Shown piece after piece: positions 8,841 through 18,488 of a DNA stretch of 64,000 bases. Source of the stretch: an uncultured Planctomycetaceae bacterium (GTDB lineage: Bacteria; Planctomycetota; Planctomycetia; Pirellulales; Pirellulaceae); contig CAVWUB010000004.1 of NCBI GenBank assembly GCA_963758085.1, forward strand, positions 334,259 through 398,258, in the 5' to 3' direction. Position numbers and translations under genes: made by a program. The notes under the pieces are model-generated. The model ran no database searches. It was not told where the DNA came from and saw nothing but the letters and a program-made list of their open reading frames with translations. Every line of letters begins with the position of its first letter. The first letter of the stretch is position 1.

Positions 8841-9962
8841 ATGTCCACGTCGACGACCTCGGTCTCACAGCGCACCTACAATTTCTCGCCCGGCCCGGCG
8901 GTGCTTCCTGTTCCGGTCCTGGAAGAGATTCGCGACGAAATGCTTTGCCTGCCCGGCGCTGGATGCTCGTTGCTGGAGATGTCGCACCGAGACAAACGGT
9001 TCCTGGAAATCCTGCACGGGACTGAGGCATCGTTGCGGTCGCTGTTGGGCGTGAGCGACGATTACGCAGTGCTGTTCCTGCAGGGCGGTTCGCGGCTGCA
9101 GTTCTCGATGGTCGCCGCCAATCTGTTGCGAGGCACAGGTAAGCGGGCAGAGTATCTGCTGACCGGCTCGTGGGGCAAAACGGCGCTGGTCGAAGCGGTC
9201 AAGGAAGGTTCGGCCGCAGCGATCTACGACGCCAAGGCGACCAACTACAACGTCATTCCTACTTCCGATCAGTACCAAGTGTCAGCCGATGCCGCTTACC
9301 TGTATTACTGCAGCAACGAGACCATTCAGGGCGTGCAGTTCGGCAGCGAACCGGAATGTCCTCAGGGCGTGCCGCTGGTCTGCGACGCCTCGAGCGACTT
9401 CCTCAGCCGACCGGTGCAGATGGATCGCTACGGGATCTTGTATGCTTGTGCACAGAAAAATGCTGGCCCTGCCGGTGTGACGGTGGTGATCATCCGCCGC
9501 GATCTGTTGGCCCAGGGCAGTGACGACCTGCCGGGCTACCTGCTGTATCGCAACCACGCCGAGAACGATTCCGAATGGAACACCCCGCCGACGTTCGCGA
9601 TCTACGCGATGGGCAAAGTCGCTCGCTGGATCAGCGAAGACATCGGCGGGCTGGCGGCGATGAAGGCGCACAACGAGAAGAAAGCGGCGCTGCTGTACGA
9701 CGTGATCGAATCACATCGCGACTTCTATCAGGGTCATGCCGAGCCGAATTGCCGGTCGCTGATGAACGTCACCTTCCGCTTGCCCAATGACGAACTGCAG
9801 GCCTCGTTCTTGAAGGGAGCCAAAGCTCGCGAACTGGAAAACTTGGCCGGACACCGTAGCGTCGGCGGGATCCGTGCGAGCATCTACAACGCCATGCCGC
9901 TCCAGGGTGTCGAAGTGCTCGCTCAGTTCATGCGCGAGTTCGCTGCCGAGCACGCGTCCTAA
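8841..9962 (+). CDS. serC: Phosphoserine aminotransferase
   Basis: The N-terminus YNFSPGPAVLPVPVLEEIRDEM and overall class-V aminotransferase similarity support the call. The ATG at 8841 is preferred over the upstream in-frame ATG at 8787. Confidence 0.8.
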   Translation: MSTSTTSVSQRTYNFSPGPAVLPVPVLEEIRDEMLCLPGAGCSLLEMSHRDKRFLEILHGTEASLRSLLGVSDDYAVLFLQGGSRLQFSMVAANLLRGTGKRAEYLLTGSWGKTALVEAVKEGSAAAIYDAKATNYNVIPTSDQYQVSADAAYLYYCSNETIQGVQFGSEPECPQGVPLVCDASSDFLSRPVQMDRYGILYACAQKNAGPAGVTVVIIRRDLLAQGSDDLPGYLLYRNHAENDSEWNTPPTFAIYAMGKVARWISEDIGGLAAMKAHNEKKAALLYDVIESHRDFYQGHAEPNCRSLMNVTFRLPNDELQASFLKGAKARELENLAGHRSVGGIRASIYNAMPLQGVEVLAQFMREFAAEHAS

Positions 9963-10079
9963 GCCGGTTTTCGCCACTAGACCGATCTGCTGCGTGCGAC
10001 TGCGCTGCGGCGGATCGGCTGACCCAGTGTCACGGGTTCTCATTCACATCGCTCCACTTCCCCACGATCATCTGCTTCC

Positions 10080-11705
10080 ATGCACCGCATTCTTGTTTTA
10101 GATACCATCGCTCAGGACGGCCTCGATATTCTCGACCAAGCTGAAGGAATTCAGTATGAGGTTCGCACCGGCCTCAAGGGCGAGGAGCTGCGCAAGTCGC
10201 TCAATGAGTTTGACGGGGCGATCCTGCGATCAGGAGTCAAAATCACCGCCGAGTCGCTCGAAGGGAATACGCGCCTGCGGGCGTTGGTTCGCGCCGGGGT
10301 CGGCACGGACAACATCGACAAGGCCGCGGCAACGCGGCGCGGGATCGTGGTGATGAACACGCCAGCGGGAAACACGCTGTCGACCGCCGAACACACCTTT
10401 GCGTTGATGTTGGCCCTGAGCCGCAACATCGCGGCGGCCAACCAGAGCCTAGTCGAAGGGCGCTGGGACCGGAAATCCTACATGGGTACCCAGTTGGCCG
10501 GCAAAACGCTCGGCATCGTGGGAATGGGACGCATCGGCCGCGAGGTAGCGTCACGAGCGTTGGCGTTCGAGATGAAGGTCGTCGCCTACGACCCGTTCTT
10601 GACCACCGAGCAGGCTGCTGCCCTGGGTGTGGAGCTCTGCAAGACCGTCGAGGAGATGCTGCCGCAGCTCGATTACTTGACCGTCCACACGCCGCTAACG
10701 CCGGAAACCAAGGGGCTGATCAGTCAGGCACAGCTCGACCGCGTCAAACCGGGACTGCGGCTGATCAATGCCGCGCGCGGCGGGATCTACGACACCGCCG
10801 CGTTGATCGAAGGGCTCAAGAGCGGCAAACTCGGCGGCGTGGCCCTGGATGTTTTCGAAGAGGAACCATGCACCGACAGCCCGCTGTTCGGCATGCCCAA
10901 CGTCGTCTGCACCCCACACCTCGGAGCGAGCACCGAGGAAGCGCAAACCCAAGTCGCCGTCGAAGGGATTCACCTGTTGTTGAATTATCTGCGGACCGGC
11001 GAAATTCGTCACAGCGTGAACGTTGCCGCGCTGGATCCGAAAACACTCGAGGAGCTGCGGCCATTCCTCGACATCGCGTATCGGCTCGGCCTGTTGCTCT
11101 CGCAGTGGCACGGCGGCGGGGTCGATCAGGTTGCGCTGACTTTCCGCGGCGAAGTGTCGGGCCGCGACACCCGCATGCTCAACAACGCGTTCTGCGCAGG
11201 GTTGCTGCAGCGAGCGATCGGCGACGAAGTCAACGTGATCAATGCGGAGATGTTGCTGCGCGAGCGAGGGATTGAACTGACCGAGCAGAAGCACCGCGAA
11301 ATGACGGCATTTGCCTCGAGCATTGCCGCTCAAGTCAGTGGTGGTGGCGTTTCGGTCAGCGCATCCGGAGCGCCGCTGGGGCTGAAGATGCCGCGGCTGA
11401 TCATGATCGACGGGCATCGCTTGGAGTCATTCATGGACGGCACGCTGGTCGTTTTCGGCCATGAGGACGTGCCGGGCATCATCGGCCAGATCGGTACGGT
11501 GTTCGGCAAGCACAAGGTGAACATCGCACAGATGGCCGTCGGCCGCGGCAGCGACACGCCCGGCGGCGGCGCCATCGGCGTGCTCAACCTCGACACTCCG
11601 CCTTCGACCGAAGCACTGCAAGAGCTGACCGCGATCGAAGGGGTACACACAGCCAAGCTGATCGATCTGCCGCCGGCGGGCCAGTTGCCGTCTTGGCTGA
11701 GTTAA
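10080..11705 (+). CDS. serA: D-3-phosphoglycerate dehydrogenase with a C-terminal ACT domain
   Basis: A 2-hydroxyacid dehydrogenase fold with the NAD-binding motif GIVGMGRIGREVA and catalytic region, 541 aa with an ACT-like C-terminal extension. It lies immediately downstream of serC. Confidence 0.8.
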   Translation: MHRILVLDTIAQDGLDILDQAEGIQYEVRTGLKGEELRKSLNEFDGAILRSGVKITAESLEGNTRLRALVRAGVGTDNIDKAAATRRGIVVMNTPAGNTLSTAEHTFALMLALSRNIAAANQSLVEGRWDRKSYMGTQLAGKTLGIVGMGRIGREVASRALAFEMKVVAYDPFLTTEQAAALGVELCKTVEEMLPQLDYLTVHTPLTPETKGLISQAQLDRVKPGLRLINAARGGIYDTAALIEGLKSGKLGGVALDVFEEEPCTDSPLFGMPNVVCTPHLGASTEEAQTQVAVEGIHLLLNYLRTGEIRHSVNVAALDPKTLEELRPFLDIAYRLGLLLSQWHGGGVDQVALTFRGEVSGRDTRMLNNAFCAGLLQRAIGDEVNVINAEMLLRERGIELTEQKHREMTAFASSIAAQVSGGGVSVSASGAPLGLKMPRLIMIDGHRLESFMDGTLVVFGHEDVPGIIGQIGTVFGKHKVNIAQMAVGRGSDTPGGGAIGVLNLDTPPSTEALQELTAIEGVHTAKLIDLPPAGQLPSWLS

Positions 11706-11983
11706 TCACCACGTCTGCGCACGGGCTTGATGCCAGCGTTATCAAACAAATGTTTTGTGTCCGGCCGCTGAATCGTTTATATACTGGAAACCTCGGCCGG
11801 CAGGGTCACCGCGGTGCGCGGCTCCGCGGTGGCTCCGGCGTCAGCGGCGCCTGCCGATAGCGTTTCGCTCCCTTTATTTTTGCGGTCAATTCTGACCGTC
11901 GCAGATGTTAAAGCCAAACAAGAACATCGTTTTGACCGCAGCGCAGCGAGACAAGATGCGCCGCCGGACGCGCCAACGCTGAG

Positions 11984-12718
11984 TTGATGGATTACGTCCG
12001 GCCTCGCATCGCGGCCGGAGTGACCACCGAGCAGATCGACCAGTGGGTGCATGAGTGGACGTTGGAGCGAGGCTACCGGCCGGCGACGCTCGGTTATCAG
12101 GGCTACAGCAAGAGCTGCTGCACAAGCATCAATGAAGTGATCTGCCATGGGATTCCCGGTCCCTATGAGCTGCAAGAAGGCGACATCCTCAACCTCGACG
12201 TGACGACCGTTGTCGACGGTTGGCATGGCGACCAAAGCGAAACGTTCCTCATCGGTGCAGTCGACGAGGAAAAATTGGCCGTTACGCAGTGTGCGTTGGA
12301 CTGTCTGTACCTGGCGATCGACGCGATCACACCCGGCTGTCCAGTCAGCGTGATCGGTGAAACGATCGTCGCCGAAGCGCATCGTCGCGGTTTTGCGGTG
12401 GTCCGTGAGTACGTTGGTCACGGGCTGGGGCGGTCCTTTCATCAAGATCCCTCGATCCCGCACTTCCCCAATCGCCAAAGCCGCATCGATCGGTTGTTGC
12501 CAGGCATCGCCTTTACCGTCGAGCCGATGATCAATGCCGGATCGCGATTCACACGGCTCGACAAAGCCGATGGTTGGACCGTGCGGACCAAGGACGGCAA
12601 GCCGAGCGCGCAGTTCGAGCATTCGGTTCTCATGACCGAAGACGGGCCCGAGATCCTGACCATGACGCAGCACGGTCCCAAGCCTGGGCACATCTTCCGC
12701 AATCCCGTCGCCAGCTAG
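11984..12718 (+). CDS. map: Methionine aminopeptidase type I (N-terminus about 25 aa shorter than E. coli Map)
   Basis: LGYQGYSKSCCTSINEVICHGIP...DGWHGDQSETFLIG...HGLGRSFHQDPSIPHF...EHSVLMTEDGPEILT aligns to E. coli Map. An in-frame TGA at 11933-11935 limits any upstream extension. Confidence 0.75.
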   Translation: MMDYVRPRIAAGVTTEQIDQWVHEWTLERGYRPATLGYQGYSKSCCTSINEVICHGIPGPYELQEGDILNLDVTTVVDGWHGDQSETFLIGAVDEEKLAVTQCALDCLYLAIDAITPGCPVSVIGETIVAEAHRRGFAVVREYVGHGLGRSFHQDPSIPHFPNRQSRIDRLLPGIAFTVEPMINAGSRFTRLDKADGWTVRTKDGKPSAQFEHSVLMTEDGPEILTMTQHGPKPGHIFRNPVAS

Positions 12719-12748
12719 TCCTCGCCGTCAGGGTTTCAATTCGCCGGG

Positions 12749-14095
12749 TTAGAACCGAAAGTCACCGCCGACGGTGACGCCGTGCGCGTAGAAGTCACCT
12801 TGGCGGAACTCGAACCTCGGACGCAGCGGACCGGTCAGCGGATTCACCTCAACTGGAATCAGTTTCGGATTGACGTCGGTGTCGATCTGGTCGCCGGCGC
12901 GGACGACGTTGCTGAAGTACACGAAGGTGTAGCCGGCGGTCAGACTGAAACGTGGTGTGACGTGGAATCCGAGCGTCGCCCCCAGTTCCGGCACGACCGA
13001 TAGGCGATCGCGCTCATACGTGCCGATGTTGCTGCGCTGGGCGAGCAGGCCGCCCTGAAACGTGTCGGCGACCCCAGCCTCGACCAATTGCGTGGTACCT
13101 GCGATGCGTACCCGCTGGGCATTGTTACCGACCGCGATCTTGCTGACCGACTCGAACCACCAGCGACCGAATGGGATCTCGCGGACGATGCCGATCTCCA
13201 GCCCCTGGAAGCGGTTTTCGGTTTCAAAAGATTCGCGCAGGTTGAGCGAACCGCCAGGCGTGGTCAAGGAAGTCAGATTATCGGCGAAGACCAGCTCATC
13301 GTCGAGCATCACGTTCCGGTAGCCGACGGTCCAGTCGAGCCGAGGAAAACGGCCGCAGTCGTTGGCGACCTGAGTCACCGAATTGGGAGCGTTGAGCGCG
13401 TCGGCCTGGATGTGGATGCCGAATGATCGCAGGCGCGTGTCGGACTCGATGCTGGTGTTGCCGGCGACCAATCCTGGAAAACTGATCAGTTCGGCGGTTT
13501 CTCGTCCGGCAACGATGTCGAAGAACGGCCGCGCGAGAATCCGCGAGCCGTCCGACGACGCGGTGAAGTCATCGCCGCTGCCGAACAACTGGTAGTAGTC
13601 GCCGCCGATCCCCCAGTAGCGCGACGGGTCGACGTACCAGCCGCCGCGGACGCGAACACCGCTGCGAAACGCATCATTCAAGTCGCCGCCGAAGAGCGTG
13701 GATGTATTGGTGCCGCCGAGGAAGCCGGCTTGGCTGCGCGGCGTGCCGCTGGGGTTGGTTGTCACTAACGCTGGGGTTTCCAGCGGCGACGTCCACCAAG
13801 CCAGGTACTCACCGCGCAAGAACATTCGGCCGCGATAGGGCACCGGGTTAGCGAACAGCGGTTGGCCGCCGCCGACGGAGCCCAACAGCGGGCGGTCGAT
13901 CAGACCTGCTGTGGGTACATTGGAGTAGTAGCTGTTGGGCTGGATGGCGTAGGGGTCAACCGCTCCGGCCGTGATTGGGTCGTAGAGCACCGCACCGGCT
14001 GGCTGGGCGAGAGCATGGTGCAGCGCTCCTGTCCAAGCAGACCCAACCGCCCCGAGCGCGGCAACAATCAGCAGGATGTGAGGACGTGGGGACAA
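12749..14095 (-). CDS. Putative outer-membrane beta-barrel protein
   Basis: Signal peptide (MSPRPHILLIVAALGAVGSAWTGA). The protein is Gly/aromatic-rich with alternating hydrophobic residues and ends in a C-terminal aromatic residue (...GGDFRF), as is typical of OMPs. No specific family could be assigned. Confidence 0.5.
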   Translation of the reverse strand: MSPRPHILLIVAALGAVGSAWTGALHHALAQPAGAVLYDPITAGAVDPYAIQPNSYYSNVPTAGLIDRPLLGSVGGGQPLFANPVPYRGRMFLRGEYLAWWTSPLETPALVTTNPSGTPRSQAGFLGGTNTSTLFGGDLNDAFRSGVRVRGGWYVDPSRYWGIGGDYYQLFGSGDDFTASSDGSRILARPFFDIVAGRETAELISFPGLVAGNTSIESDTRLRSFGIHIQADALNAPNSVTQVANDCGRFPRLDWTVGYRNVMLDDELVFADNLTSLTTPGGSLNLRESFETENRFQGLEIGIVREIPFGRWWFESVSKIAVGNNAQRVRIAGTTQLVEAGVADTFQGGLLAQRSNIGTYERDRLSVVPELGATLGFHVTPRFSLTAGYTFVYFSNVVRAGDQIDTDVNPKLIPVEVNPLTGPLRPRFEFRQGDFYAHGVTVGGDFRF

Positions 14096-14665
14096 AGTCA
14101 GCTCTCAGTTCTCGAGATTCTTGAAGATTTTTATCAAGTTTTCGGCGATCGCTGCCGAGCCTGCAAAATTGCTGGCGGCTGAGTCAAGCCGAGAACGCCG
14201 CTTCACCGCGAGAAAAACCGTCCAGGAGAGAAAAATAGGGATCGCTGCTGCCGCGGCCAGAGAATCCTGAAGTTGCCGTGATTTCAACTCGATTCGCCTT
14301 GCCTCACGACGCGCCGGGTCGGTAGCCTTGGCCCATCCTTGATCCCGATTCAGTTCCCGTAGCCGAGAATGTTTGCCTAACAGCGACACGCGGAGATCAG
14401 TCCGGAAACGCTCAGCGCCGGGCGTGTGTGGGCCGATAACACAAGCATCTCGACATTTTGCGCTGGCGAAGTCTCTTTCAGTTACGGATTGCATCCTGGG
14501 ACAAGGATTGCGGCGCTCGGACTATTGGCGAGATCGACCATCGCATTTGTGGCTTGCCACGGTGTGCGGGTTGAGTCCACACTGGCGCTCGCATTCACCA
14601 CCGCTGGACGTAGCTAGGCTACTCCGACGCTGGTTTTGTTCATGTCCCTGGGGAGCAATTCCACA

Positions 14666-14959
14666 ATGCAGATTTTTGGCCCATTTCGGATTTCCACGAC
14701 GCAGGCAACCGGCCCCGCTCAGCGTTTGCAGCCGCAAGGTCCGCGAGAAGCCGGTCACCCGCGTGTATCCGGCCCCGTCGATCAGCTCGATCTTTCCAGC
14801 AGCGTTAGCCGAGCGGAAGGAACGTCCTCGATCGCCGGAGGCGGTGAAATCCGCATCGATCGAGTGGCCGATCTCCGCCGCCAAATCGCGAGCGGCAGCT
14901 ACGACACGCCTGAGAAGCTCGACTTTGCCCTTGAGCGGATGCTCGACCGGTTCGGGTAA
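14666..14959 (+). CDS. flgM: Anti-sigma-28 factor FlgM-like
   Basis: The C-terminus IRIDRVADLRRQIASGSYDTPEKLDFALERMLD matches the FlgM C-terminal helix region. It is a small (~97 aa) Ser-rich protein. The start was chosen at the internal Met MQIFGP. Confidence 0.6.
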   Translation: MQIFGPFRISTTQATGPAQRLQPQGPREAGHPRVSGPVDQLDLSSSVSRAEGTSSIAGGGEIRIDRVADLRRQIASGSYDTPEKLDFALERMLDRFG

Positions 14960-15064
14960 TCTGCCACCGGTAAGCCTCAATACGGGTAGCAGAGCCCACA
15001 AACCATCTGGCGGTCGTCGCCGCATCTTTTGATCCTACAGGCTTGGCGGCTACAATGCTAACAC

Positions 15065-15100
15065 TGCCGCGGACGTTCAGCGTCCCGCGGCATTTGTTTT
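15065..15100 (+). terminator. Rho-independent terminator downstream of flgM
   Basis: GC stem tgccgcggacg / cgtcccgcggca with loop ttcag, followed by tttgtttt. Confidence 0.55.
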
Positions 15101-15110
15101 CGCCGGTTTA

Positions 15111-15629
15111 TTGAGGTTTGGGGTGTCCATCGATCAAGCATCGCTCGGCAGCGTGGAAGTTGCGCTGACGCCACAAGAACGTTTTGAAGAGTACCTTCAA
15201 AGTCGAGGTTTGCGGCACACCGAGCAGCGACGGTTCTTGGTCAAACTGGTCTTTAGCCGGCATGAGCACTTCGACGCTGACATGCTGATCGAGAATCTGC
15301 CGCGGAAGGGCAAACCCGGTTATGTCAGCCCGGCAACCGTTTACCGGACTCTCAAGGAGTTCGTCGACGCTGGGCTGCTCAACTCGTTCCAGCTCGACGG
15401 GCGAACCGTCTACGAACATGACTACGGCTACCCGCAGCACGACCACTTGTACTGCACCCGTTGCCGTACGCTGGTCGAGTTCCGCAGTGAAGCGTTGATT
15501 GAGCTGCGCAATCAAGTCGGAACTGAGCATGGCTTCCGTGTGCTCGACCACCGCCTGATCATCAACGGCCTCTGTGGTGACTGCGCCAAGGTGCGGCGGC
15601 GAAAGAAGCGCAAGCAGGACCTCGTCTAA
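15111..15629 (+). CDS. Fur-family metalloregulator (Fur/Zur/PerR)
   Basis: RGLRHTEQRRFLVKLVFSRHEHFDADMLIENL...VSPATVYRTLKEFVDAGLL...HDHLYCTRCRTLVEFR...INGLCGDCA shows the Fur-family HTH and the two CxxC metal sites. Confidence 0.8.
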   Translation: MRFGVSIDQASLGSVEVALTPQERFEEYLQSRGLRHTEQRRFLVKLVFSRHEHFDADMLIENLPRKGKPGYVSPATVYRTLKEFVDAGLLNSFQLDGRTVYEHDYGYPQHDHLYCTRCRTLVEFRSEALIELRNQVGTEHGFRVLDHRLIINGLCGDCAKVRRRKKRKQDLV

Positions 15630-15668
15630 TTTGCCGATCGATCCGATTGTTCTTGCGGCGCAAGAGCG

Positions 15669-15709
15669 TCTTCTTTTAAAGAAGAGATCTGCCGATAGAT
15701 TCCATCGGC
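15669..15709. promoter_or_regulatory. AT-rich palindrome TCTTCTTTTAAAGAAGA plus inverted repeat GCCGAT-N7-ATCGGC between the fur homolog and the His-rich protein
   Basis: Read directly at 15669-15685 and 15691-15709. These are unusual AT-rich dyads in a GC-rich genome, located in the 90-nt gap upstream of the 15720 ORF. Confidence 0.35.
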
Positions 15710-15719
15710 ATCGGCTTGC

Positions 15720-16424
15720 ATGAGCCGTCCTGATTTCACCTTGATCGGAATGATGATGATGCGGCTGGTCCGTCGACGTGGTGTCTGGCGAGCGGGAACG
15801 CTGCTCGCAGTGGCGTGCTTGACAATGAAGTCAGGCGGTGCAGCGCATGCGCAAAACACGCAGCGCGGAGCTGTGGTGGGCGGACTCGGCGGCGCGATCG
15901 CCGGTGCGCTGATCGGTGATCACAACAACAAAGCAGGTGCCGGAGCCGCCATCGGTGGCGCACTCGGTGCCGTCGGCGGCGCGGTGATCGGCAACGCCCG
16001 CGACAAAGAGATCAACCAGCAGCGACAGCAGCAGTATTACGCTCAGCAGCACCAAGCCTACGCGTATCAGCAACAGCAGCTGGCCCAGACCCAAGCCGCA
16101 GTTTCAATCGGTGACATCGTCAACATGTCCCGCAGTGGACTGAGCGAGTCGGTGATGATCACGCAAATCCAGTCCCGCGGCGTCCAACAACAGCTGCAGG
16201 TCAGCGACATCATCCTGCTGCACCAACAGGGTGTACCCGAGTCGGTGATCACGGCGATGCAAAACGCACGTGTCGGTGCCGCCGTGCCAGCTCCGCCGAC
16301 CGTCGTTGTCCAGCAACCCCAGGTCGTGGTCCAGGAGCGATACGTCGTCCCGCACTATGCGCCGCCGGCCTACTACTACCACCACCGCCATCACCATCAT
16401 TATCACCGCGGACATCGCCACTGA
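15720..16424 (+). CDS. Glycine-zipper (17-kDa-antigen-like) protein with Gln-rich linker and His-rich C-terminal tail
   Basis: Hydrophobic N-terminal signal/anchor, a glycine zipper GGLGGAIAGALIGDHNNKAGAGAAIGGALGAVGGAVIG, and a tail ending HHRHHHHYHRGHRH. Confidence 0.55.
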   Translation: MSRPDFTLIGMMMMRLVRRRGVWRAGTLLAVACLTMKSGGAAHAQNTQRGAVVGGLGGAIAGALIGDHNNKAGAGAAIGGALGAVGGAVIGNARDKEINQQRQQQYYAQQHQAYAYQQQQLAQTQAAVSIGDIVNMSRSGLSESVMITQIQSRGVQQQLQVSDIILLHQQGVPESVITAMQNARVGAAVPAPPTVVVQQPQVVVQERYVVPHYAPPAYYYHHRHHHHYHRGHRH

Positions 16425-16545
16425 GGTGATCGGCGAATATCGGAGTAGGTACAATCCGAAGCTATAAATTTTCTGCGGAAGTTAACGGACGACGCAGGCT
16501 AAAGCCTGAACTCCAACCAGGGAGCATGCCTGTTGCCGCTGTTTC

Positions 16546-18279
16546 CTACTTTCCGTTCCACCACCAGCGGGACGCGCCTTCGGGACGCATTTGGGCGAAG
16601 TTGCTGATCGCATCGATCGTGGGATAAGGCTCAAAACGGGCCGCGAGCGTAGCGGCTGGCTCGACCCGCACACCCCCGCTGGCCATTAGTACGAAGTGGC
16701 GTTTCCTGCGGTGCTCGATCCGGTGGCCGACGGCGATCGAGTCAACTCGTTTGGGCACCGACATTGCACCGCCAGACGGATCGTCCAACAGCAGTGGGGC
16801 CAATAACTCGGCCATCCAATCACGAGCGTCGCTGCGGCGGATGACCTCCGCGACGGCTGCGGCTTGATAGACCGACTGCAGCGCGCCATAGGCCGGATAG
16901 GTGCGGATAATTTCTCCGAGATCGGCATTGAAGGCATCGACGAACTCAACCAGGCGAAAATCGTCGTTTGCATCCAGACGAGCGCCGTCTGCGCCGGCGA
17001 GCTGAGTTTCGCTAGCCAGCTTCATCGGTCGTCCGCCGAGCTGATAAACCATCGCGCTGCTGCCGACGCGCACCGCCAACGGCGAGGCCGTGAACCACAG
17101 CCGAAGCAGTTGGCCGTCGGGCGGCCCACGGTCGATATGCTCCCTGACGATGTCCACATAGTTGCGGCTGCCGCGCGGCATCGGCTGAAGGCCCAGCGAC
17201 ATCTGCTTCATGTGCCGATCGGCCTCGACCATCAGGTGAGCCAGCGGCGTGTCGCCCGCAGTCCCAAACACGCGGATTGACTGCTCGCCCAGTGCCTGTC
17301 GCAGATGCTCGGCTGCGCGTCCGAGCGGAATTTCGCCGCGGCGAATCTGCTCGCTCACATTCGCTGCCGCGGCCAATGACTCGGGGGCCGGATCGATCGA
17401 GCAGCCGAGCGGTTCCCCGGCAACGACTGCGGCGGCACAGGCCGCAAAGAAATCGAGCCGCATCGCCGGCAGCCCCGTTCGCCGGTCACGCAGCCAGCCC
17501 TGATGCGTTTCAATCCCGCCGACCGGCCCGATCAGCACCACATCGCGCTGCTGCGGGACCAGCACGACGTAATCGATCCGGCTCAGCCCAGCCAAGTGTC
17601 GCAGCTCGTCGCCAATCGGCAGGCCGCTGACCCGCGTTCGCAGCACCTGCTGGGTGACCCCGCGGAGCGAGACGCAGCGGCGACGCGCAGGCAATCGCCA
17701 ATCCGCTACGGCCGACGGCTGCGTGGCAGTCCGGTCCAGCGGTTCTTCGGCCAGCAGGACCGCGATGTTCTCAATCAGACTGTCATCAACGGGCTGTTCC
17801 GAGATGTCGGTGACCAGTCCGCTAGGATCGACCAAAATCCCGCCGGGATACGGTCGCGCGGTCCCCGATCCACCGGCCGGCTCCCACGTGTCCGGCGCGA
17901 TCGTCGCTTGAATCAGATCGATCAGCGGAGTGAAATCGGCAAACGGTGATCCGCCAGCTCCACCGCTGCGGCGCTGCTCGCCGGTTGCGCTGGGCAATAA
18001 CGCGACGCCGGCCGCTTGTGGACTGCTGGAAGCCTGACCCAAAGCGGTCTGCACCTGATCGAGCGCCTGAGCCAGCACGCGCCCATCGGCCACGCCGGCC
18101 AGCGTCCGCATCGAGCTGACCCAGTCGCCTCGCTGGGCCCGTTCGACAGCAAGCCGCTGTAGCTGCGCATCGCGCGCGGTGACCGCTGGCGCGGCGACTG
18201 GTTGCTGCGCGGAAGTTATGCCGTGCCAGAATTGACCCAAGACGAGCAGCATGACCAGCAAGACGAGTGGACGACCCAT
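16546..18279 (-). CDS. Hypothetical secreted protein (577 aa)
   Basis: A long ORF with a clear signal peptide MGRPLVLLVMLLVLGQFWHGITSAQ. No recognisable catalytic motifs. Confidence 0.5.
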   Translation of the reverse strand: MGRPLVLLVMLLVLGQFWHGITSAQQPVAAPAVTARDAQLQRLAVERAQRGDWVSSMRTLAGVADGRVLAQALDQVQTALGQASSSPQAAGVALLPSATGEQRRSGGAGGSPFADFTPLIDLIQATIAPDTWEPAGGSGTARPYPGGILVDPSGLVTDISEQPVDDSLIENIAVLLAEEPLDRTATQPSAVADWRLPARRRCVSLRGVTQQVLRTRVSGLPIGDELRHLAGLSRIDYVVLVPQQRDVVLIGPVGGIETHQGWLRDRRTGLPAMRLDFFAACAAAVVAGEPLGCSIDPAPESLAAAANVSEQIRRGEIPLGRAAEHLRQALGEQSIRVFGTAGDTPLAHLMVEADRHMKQMSLGLQPMPRGSRNYVDIVREHIDRGPPDGQLLRLWFTASPLAVRVGSSAMVYQLGGRPMKLASETQLAGADGARLDANDDFRLVEFVDAFNADLGEIIRTYPAYGALQSVYQAAAVAEVIRRSDARDWMAELLAPLLLDDPSGGAMSVPKRVDSIAVGHRIEHRRKRHFVLMASGGVRVEPAATLAARFEPYPTIDAISNFAQMRPEGASRWWWNGK

Positions 18280-18355
18280 GGCGACCTCCGTTGGAAATGA
18301 TCTGAACTCAATGTACCACGGCGAGTGAGTCTCCTTGGACTGGTATCGCCTTATC

Positions 18356-18488
18356 TTTGGGTGGCACGCTCAGAGCCCCAGCGATGGGCGTGGGCGGCAG
18401 GAGCAGATACCGAGTCGATGCGACATTTCCCGGTTGCGAAGTAGTTTTCCCAGCACGCCCTTCGTTCCTCAGGGACGTGCCACCCGAG
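18356..18488 (+). repeat. Conserved ~130-nt structured element, copy 2 of 3
   Basis: ctttGGGTGGCACGCTCAGAGCCCCAGCGATGGGCGTGGGCGG ... CAGCACGCCCTTCGTTCCTCAGGGACGTGCCACCCg. The termini are the same as copy 1 and the central ~45 nt diverge. Confidence 0.7.

Noticed and set aside
11936-11986. Upstream extension or frameshift to restore a full-length Map N-terminus
   Set aside because: An in-frame TGA at 11933-11935 blocks extension, and neither alternative frame gives Map-like sequence. I accepted a naturally short N-terminus with a TTG/ATG start near 11984.
14373-15032. 219-aa ORF overlapping flgM in another frame
   Set aside because: The FlgM reading frame carries a recognisable conserved C-terminal motif. 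The overlapping ORF is Arg/Ser/Pro-rich with no motifs.
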